UHGV virus genome: UHGV-0129235
DNA length: 11,070 bases
DNA from: a virus
Direction: 5' to 3' (one strand)
Shown here: positions 6,178-11,070 of the stretch, piece by piece
Layout of the letters: every line of letters starts with the position of its first letter
How positions within the stretch are numbered: the stretch's first letter is position 1
Translations under genes and position numbers: made by a program
The notes under the pieces: generated by a model
Databases searched by the model: none
Seen by the model: the letters and a program-made list of their open reading frames with translations, nothing else
Told to the model about the DNA's origin: nothing

Positions 6178-8355
6178 ATGGCACAGTTTAAAGTTGATAG
6201 TTTTATCGTTGAGCTAGGCTTCAGCGAGAACGTTATTAAGGGCTTGCAAAGAGTTGAAAAGGCAGCTTTGCAGTCAGCACAAAGAATTGAACGTAATTTG
6301 AATAGAGCGTTTAAGGTCGATACCAAGCAACTTGACAGCAATCTGACAAGTTCTTTAGGGCAACTTGAAAGGAAGTTTAATAAGACCTTTGACAAGATTG
6401 AACAGAGAGCAAGAAACACAAAAGTTTTCCGTTTCACAAGTCAGGTTAATGACGCTATTAATCCTCCAAAACAACCAAGACAGCCACGAATTAGCGGAAA
6501 CAGAGCAATCACAGCAGCTTATTCAGCGAATATGAGCAAGCTAAAAGGCTTTGACCCTATTTTGCAGAAATACATCAAATCTCAGTTTTACGGGCTATCT
6601 GCTAAAGCTGGGTCAATGGATAATTCAAAATTCAATGAGAAGCTGGCTCAGTTAAACACTTCAGTCAGAGAAGCAATTGCTAAAGCCAGAGGTCATACAT
6701 CCACCAGCATTAACAATACAAGCGACGCATTTAATAATCTTGCAAGCAATGCGATTAAATTATCTGGTGCATTTTACTCTGTGATGGGTGCTCTTAACGC
6801 TTACAAGGCCATTATGAATGCAGGTCTTAAACGAGATTCCGCACAGAGAGCCGCTAAGTTTGTACTTGGTGATAAAGCATCTGAGGCTGAAACATTTATC
6901 AGGGGACTGGCTGACAAGACAGGTCTTAATATCTCTGAAGGGCTATCAAGCTACGCTAAGTTTGCAGCAGGTGCTCAGGGTTCTATGTCACAGGAACAGA
7001 CACAGGAGCTATTTGGTAATGCAACGGCTATGAGTCGCTTAATGGGGCTTTCTAACGACGAGCTAAACGGCATTTTGAAAGCTTTTGAGCAGATGGCGAG
7101 CAAGGGCAAGATTCAGGCTGAAGAGCTTCGTGGTCAGTTAGGTGACCGTATGGCTGGTGCATTTAAACTATTCGCTGAAGCATTGGGTATGACTGCTACA
7201 GAGCTTGATAAAGCGATGAAAGACGGGAAGATTTTAAGTAGTGATACTCTCCCTAAAGTCGCTAAACAGATGGGCTTGATGATTGATAAAGCGGGTGGCT
7301 GGGCTGAAGTCGCTAAGAGCACTCAGACAGCTTTAGGGAAACTGGCTAACAACAGGGATGATACGATGGTGAAAATCTTCTCAGGTTCACAGGATGAGCT
7401 AAATGGCTTCTTATCCAGTCTGAGTAGCCTGCTTAGTGAAATGGGGATGAGTTCTTCTATCGCTGGTGATGCTATCGGTGGACTTATCGACATGCTTAAA
7501 GCTGGTGTAGATGATATTCGCGTATTCAATAACACCATGGAAGGCTGGATTTTACAGACTAAGAAGTTCTATTACAGCCTTGATGACACTAAACGAAAAC
7601 TACTTGATGAAGTCGGTGATGGTTTTATCAATTTTGTCAAAGGTCTTGCTATAGCGTTATCTGCAAAGACGCTATTCAGTGCTACTACAGGGGTTATGAA
7701 CCTGACAAGAGCAATCACAACGTTAGGTACAAGAGCTAATCAGGTGGCTGGTCAGGTAGCTACTGGTAAAGGTGGTGGAAAACTGAAAGGTGTAGCTGGT
7801 GGTGTAGGTAGTGCTCTTGCAATTGGTTATGCTGATGACGGTTATGAAACAGCGTTAGCATTAGCTTCAATGATTCCACAAATCAGAGGTGTCACTCTTG
7901 GTTTATATGCATTGAAGAAAGCACTGGATTTTATGAATCAGGAAGTAGTCAAAAACGCTAATATGCATCCATCTGGGGTAGGTGTGGGTAGTGACTTTAA
8001 TCCTGTGTATTCTGGTGACCCTAATAAACCGAATGTGATTAACGAAGGATGGAGTAGAATTTTTAGTTCAATGGGTGAATTGTTTAACAATGCCACAATG
8101 AATATTGCAAGATTCAATCATCCAGAATTGATTACCATGAAACAAGATGCATCATTAACGAGCACTGACATCCAAAATCTAAGAGATGAAATTAGTGCTT
8201 TGAGTAAACGTATTCAGGAGCCAGTGAAAGTTTCACTTGGTGGTGAAGTTGCCATTAAACCAGATGAAACCAGCTTTATGACCTTTAGCAGTAATATCTA
8301 CGACCAATATGCAGAAGCTACGTTATTAAGTTCATCATTCCCAGAAGATGATTGA
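6178..8355 (+). CDS. Tail tape measure protein-like (725 aa)
   Basis: Internal segment GLSNDELNGILKAFEQMASKGKIQAEELRGQLGDRMAGAFKLFAEALGMTATELDKAMKDGKILSSDTLPKVAKQMG matches the conserved tape-measure domain as I recall it; coiled-coil-rich N-terminal third; Gly-rich hydrophobic C-terminal segment; SD agaggtg 9 nt upstream. Confidence 0.75.
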   Translation: MAQFKVDSFIVELGFSENVIKGLQRVEKAALQSAQRIERNLNRAFKVDTKQLDSNLTSSLGQLERKFNKTFDKIEQRARNTKVFRFTSQVNDAINPPKQPRQPRISGNRAITAAYSANMSKLKGFDPILQKYIKSQFYGLSAKAGSMDNSKFNEKLAQLNTSVREAIAKARGHTSTSINNTSDAFNNLASNAIKLSGAFYSVMGALNAYKAIMNAGLKRDSAQRAAKFVLGDKASEAETFIRGLADKTGLNISEGLSSYAKFAAGAQGSMSQEQTQELFGNATAMSRLMGLSNDELNGILKAFEQMASKGKIQAEELRGQLGDRMAGAFKLFAEALGMTATELDKAMKDGKILSSDTLPKVAKQMGLMIDKAGGWAEVAKSTQTALGKLANNRDDTMVKIFSGSQDELNGFLSSLSSLLSEMGMSSSIAGDAIGGLIDMLKAGVDDIRVFNNTMEGWILQTKKFYYSLDDTKRKLLDEVGDGFINFVKGLAIALSAKTLFSATTGVMNLTRAITTLGTRANQVAGQVATGKGGGKLKGVAGGVGSALAIGYADDGYETALALASMIPQIRGVTLGLYALKKALDFMNQEVVKNANMHPSGVGVGSDFNPVYSGDPNKPNVINEGWSRIFSSMGELFNNATMNIARFNHPELITMKQDASLTSTDIQNLRDEISALSKRIQEPVKVSLGGEVAIKPDETSFMTFSSNIYDQYAEATLLSSSFPEDD

Positions 8356-8367
8356 TTTAACGGTGTT

Positions 8368-8493
8368 CTACGTGAATAAAGCAAAGTTAATACCCACACC
8401 AAAAATTATTTTTCACGTAGCTCACGCTTAACAGAGAAAATACTTATATATCAAAGGCTTGGTTAAAAATGATTAAAATACACTAAGCCTTTG
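8368..8493. repeat. Two perfect 9-bp inverted repeats with long spacers (CTACGTGAA/TTCACGTAG and CAAAGGCTT/AAGCCTTTG) in the intergenic region between the tape measure and the next gene
   Basis: 8368-8376 vs 8412-8420 and 8452-8460 vs 8485-8493; the second right arm ends 7 nt before the SD of the downstream gene. Confidence 0.4.
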
Positions 8494-8511
8494 AAATCAA
8501 AGGAGAATTTA

Positions 8512-9300
8512 ATGATTTACTCTAATCAGATTCGTTACAGTGGCAAAGATGGTATCTATTTCCACTTAAGAGATAATGTAGATGCCTTCTTAACCTTATC
8601 AGCTACTGAACAGATGGAGTTTGACAGCCCTATGCAGGTGACTACACAGAACATGCAATCAGGGCAAACCGTCACAGATAATGTGCAAAGAGCACCCAGA
8701 ACAATCACTATTAGTGGTGTCGTTGTAGTTGGTTATGAAGGAAGTTTATTACTAACTCGTCAGGGTCAATTAGTAGAAAACTTCATCGACACTCTGGAAA
8801 ACTGGCGTGACCAGAAGCAGATTATTTCGGTCATCTGTAAAGACGGTATCAAGATTGATGATTCCATTATTACGAGCTTTAAAGCCTCTAAAGATGTTAC
8901 TATCTCTAACGGTCTTCGTATCCAGCTAACTTTTCAGGAAATTAACTTTAAAGCTATTGTTGGTCAGACTGATATTTCTGCTGCGACTGGAAAGGCCGCT
9001 ACTACAAATGACGGTGGTGTGACCAGTAAGAAGAATGCAGGTAACGTGACCACTGAACGCAATAACGCGCCTATGCTATCGTGCAAAGAGCTAATGAGTA
9101 TTAACGATGTATCCGGTTACGCTCCAGCTATCAGAAATGATATTCTCGATGCTCAGATTAAATGCAATAAGGCTTGGAAGCTGGACTATTCAGACTTAAC
9201 AGAAGCTGAAAAAACCAACGTCACCAATGCTAACAGTAACGCTGGTCGGGTAGCTTCAAAGCTTAAAAAGTACTCAGTGAACCCTCACAAAAAATACTAA
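8512..9300 (+). CDS. Hypothetical protein (262 aa), possibly a minor/distal tail protein
   Basis: ORF with SD aaggag 6 nt before ATG 8512 (preferred over TTG 8491); position immediately after the tape measure and a weak pattern resemblance to small minor-tail proteins; function low confidence. Confidence 0.55.
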   Translation: MIYSNQIRYSGKDGIYFHLRDNVDAFLTLSATEQMEFDSPMQVTTQNMQSGQTVTDNVQRAPRTITISGVVVVGYEGSLLLTRQGQLVENFIDTLENWRDQKQIISVICKDGIKIDDSIITSFKASKDVTISNGLRIQLTFQEINFKAIVGQTDISAATGKAATTNDGGVTSKKNAGNVTTERNNAPMLSCKELMSINDVSGYAPAIRNDILDAQIKCNKAWKLDYSDLTEAEKTNVTNANSNAGRVASKLKKYSVNPHKKY

Positions 9301-10940
9301 GCGTCCACCTCTTCCATATCACCAGCAGGATAAATCCTTGTTACTGGTTCACCAAAAATAAGCATATCATCTAATGACTGCATCTCATCGGTTGCTTCTT
9401 CAAGCGTTAAGGTGTGGTCATCTTTACCATCAAGAGGAAAACCACGAATCATATTTCCATTGTGAAGATATATATCCACCAGCTTTTCATTACCAGAAAC
9501 AACAATCTCTTTCACCAGACGCTTAATAATAATCTGGGCTTCAGTTCTCCCCTCTACAGACTCCATATCAAGACCGCTTAAATCCAAGCTTGATACAGAT
9601 TTTACCCTCGCCTTTTCTCGTGATAACTGAACTATCAGTTCATCTTTTTCTTCCTGTTTAACCCGTAGTGCTTCTTGAATCTGAGTGATGTTAGGAAGCT
9701 GTATCAGCGTCTCAGTGAGTTTTTCCAGTTCACTATCAACGGTGTTTAGTCTGCGTTGCAGTTCATCTAATTTAGCTGTATCGGTTGCTTCATCGTGTAG
9801 CTGTGACAGTTTGCTGAACAGACGACTACAAAGCTGTGTATCAAGTAACTTTCTGGACACTGTACCGTAACTACAACGGGATTCTTTATTACCATTGCAA
9901 CGGTAAGTACCTTGATAAACGGGTTTACGTATCCCTGTAGGAGTCATTACAAGCCCACACTTACAACGGATAAGCCCCTTCAGTATGTTCACATATAGCC
10001 AGTGTTCACCGCTGGATGTTTTCCCCTTCCCTGTTTCCTCTAACAGTTGCTGTACAGCGTAAAACTTAGAGTCTGTGACAATCTGAGGATAGAACCCTTC
10101 AATTTCTTCACGTAACACTGTTTTACGGTCTTCTGTAGAAATCTTAGCGGGAAGGTAACCTAATACACTTCGTGAAGTCAGGATGTGTTTAACGCTTAAT
10201 GCTGACCAGTTGCCATCCGGTTTCTTAGTCTTGGATATTCTGACCTTACGCTGATTAATGGTCGGGTAACCTTGTTCGTTTAGCCATTTACAGATAGCAA
10301 ACATCGACATACCAGAAAGACGCTTGTCATAGATGATATTCACCAGTGACGCTTTATCTTCATCAACGATGTAGTGTGAACCGTCTTCTGATAGCTCTAA
10401 CCATCCGGGGGCTTGCTTACCCATAGGCTTCTTAAGTTCTCTTGCAAGCTGTGTTTTATGGTTCCAGACCTGAGCTATACGCTTTTGCTTAACAAGAGAT
10501 TCTTGGTGTGCTCTCTCAGCTATGATGATGTGCTTAATCAACTTCACAGGGTCTGTTAATGCTGATTTGTCGTAGAGTTCACCATCTCCCAGAGTCAGTA
10601 TAGAGACTCCTTTCCTCAGTATCTGCCTGACATCATCTATAGCTGTGTCGATATCAGCCCTACTGAAGCGGTCAAAGTTCTCTACAACAATCAGGGAACC
10701 TTCTGGAATAGCCCCAGACATAACATTTTCAAACATACGTCTGAAGTCAGAACCTTGAGCCTTATGTTGCTGGTGAAAACCAGATTTACCCTTATCAACG
10801 TATCTGTGAGCAGGAAGAAGGTAATAATCGTTTTTGTGCTTAGAGTAGAAAGCATCAATGAGGTTTGTTTGCCGTCTTAAGGAGTCTCCTGAGTCTTGCT
10901 CTTTAGTACTCCACCTGATGTATGTCACTAGCAGCTTCAT
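9297..10940 (-). CDS. Large serine recombinase (integrase)
   Basis: 547-aa ORF; N-terminal resolvase-type catalytic domain ([14 protein letters not shown]), extended recombinase domain, Cys cluster CKCG...CNGNKESRC consistent with a zinc ribbon, coiled-coil segment; start lies 51 bp from the hybrid wrbA start at the island edge. Confidence 0.92.
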   Translation of the reverse strand: MKLLVTYIRWSTKEQDSGDSLRRQTNLIDAFYSKHKNDYYLLPAHRYVDKGKSGFHQQHKAQGSDFRRMFENVMSGAIPEGSLIVVENFDRFSRADIDTAIDDVRQILRKGVSILTLGDGELYDKSALTDPVKLIKHIIIAERAHQESLVKQKRIAQVWNHKTQLARELKKPMGKQAPGWLELSEDGSHYIVDEDKASLVNIIYDKRLSGMSMFAICKWLNEQGYPTINQRKVRISKTKKPDGNWSALSVKHILTSRSVLGYLPAKISTEDRKTVLREEIEGFYPQIVTDSKFYAVQQLLEETGKGKTSSGEHWLYVNILKGLIRCKCGLVMTPTGIRKPVYQGTYRCNGNKESRCSYGTVSRKLLDTQLCSRLFSKLSQLHDEATDTAKLDELQRRLNTVDSELEKLTETLIQLPNITQIQEALRVKQEEKDELIVQLSREKARVKSVSSLDLSGLDMESVEGRTEAQIIIKRLVKEIVVSGNEKLVDIYLHNGNMIRGFPLDGKDDHTLTLEEATDEMQSLDDMLIFGEPVTRIYPAGDMEEVDA

Positions 10941-10991
10941 ATCTTCGGACTATGCTTATCTAAGTGGTTCATTGAACAGGAGAACAATGAT

Positions 10992-11070
10992 ATGAGTGTT
11001 AAGGCAAGAATACTAGTGCTTTATTATTCCATGTACGGACATATTGAAACGATGGCACGCGCAGTCGCTG
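10992..11070 (+). CDS. wrbA: WrbA NAD(P)H:quinone oxidoreductase, island-regenerated hybrid 5' end (partial, runs off window)
   Basis: [26 protein letters not shown]; from LVLYYS onward this equals the WrbA N-terminus as I recall it; SD aggag 10 nt upstream is supplied by the island. Confidence 0.85.
   Translation, partial: MSVKARILVLYYSMYGHIETMARAVA
11013..11027. other. attR junction (island-host crossover region, shared core GTGCTTT at 11016-11022)
   Basis: ctagtgctttattat: island sequence up to the core, then wrbA codons YYSMYGH continue. Confidence 0.5.

Larger units (their letters stand above)
56..11015. mobile_element. ~11 kb integrative island (large serine recombinase-mobilised; satellite-like or reduced prophage) inserted in the 5' end of wrbA
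   Basis: Bounded by attL/attR sharing GTGCTTT; split wrbA halves at both edges; integrase gene at right end; island is visibly more AT-rich and uses different codons than the flanking wrbA fragment. Confidence 0.6.

Noticed and set aside
6156-6437. 93-aa minus-strand ORF overlapping the start of the tape measure gene
   Set aside because: Antisense to a long, well-supported ORF; no RBS; low-complexity translation typical of antisense frames.
6818-7033. 71-aa plus-strand ORF inside the tape measure gene (alternative frame)
   Set aside because: Fully embedded in the 725-aa ORF in another frame; no independent start signal.
7134-7538. Two minus-strand ORFs (62 and 71 aa) inside the tape measure gene
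   Set aside because: Antisense to the tape measure ORF; no RBS; Ser/Leu/Ala-rich composition typical of spurious frames.
8491-8511. TTG start at 8491 for the gene after the tape measure (ORF-track start)
   Set aside because: ATG 8512 is preceded by aaggag at ideal spacing; the TTG extension would place the SD inside the coding region.
9685-9870. 61-aa plus-strand ORF inside the integrase gene
   Set aside because: Antisense to the integrase; serine-rich low-complexity translation; no RBS.
1-11070. Full prophage interpretation
   Set aside because: Element between att sites is only ~11 kb and has no recognisable capsid, portal, terminase or lysis genes; a satellite-like island or a heavily reduced prophage fits better.
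1-11070. CRISPR arrays, tRNA/tmRNA or rRNA genes, including a tRNA as integration target
   Set aside because: No regularly spaced direct repeats and no tRNA-like T-loop or acceptor features seen; the integration target is the protein-coding gene wrbA.

Overview
Almost the whole window is one ~11 kb AT-rich integrative island inserted into the first codons of wrbA (flavodoxin-like NAD(P)H:quinone oxidoreductase). Host DNA is only ~55 bp at each edge: the left edge keeps the native wrbA RBS and codons MAKVLVL, and the right edge carries wrbA from about codon 8 onward, cut by the window end. The island supplies a replacement RBS, ATG and seven codons, so a hybrid wrbA ([26 protein letters not shown]) stays in frame. 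Left to right the island holds: a repeat-rich non-coding left arm; a small serine recombinase (resolvase/invertase family) preceded by a res-like cluster of inverted and direct repeats; a ~1.6 kb gene-poor, apparently decayed stretch with an N-terminal fragment of a phage Dam-type methyltransferase; a sigma70-like promoter driving four translationally coupled small genes, the last HNH-nuclease-like; a 109-aa acidic protein overlapped by a 21-aa hydrophobic peptide ORF; a second promoter sharing an 11-bp motif with the first, followed by a ~440 nt leader with two related terminator-like hairpins; a 235-aa and a 69-aa gene ending in a terminator; a 725-aa protein with a tail tape-measure signature; a 262-aa protein; and a convergent 547-aa large serine recombinase (integrase) abutting attR. 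I see no capsid, portal, terminase, lysis, tRNA, rRNA or CRISPR features. The island is either a satellite-like element or a heavily reduced prophage, and most of its cargo has no family I can recognise. All calls are from reading the sequence and recalled motifs; no searches were run.
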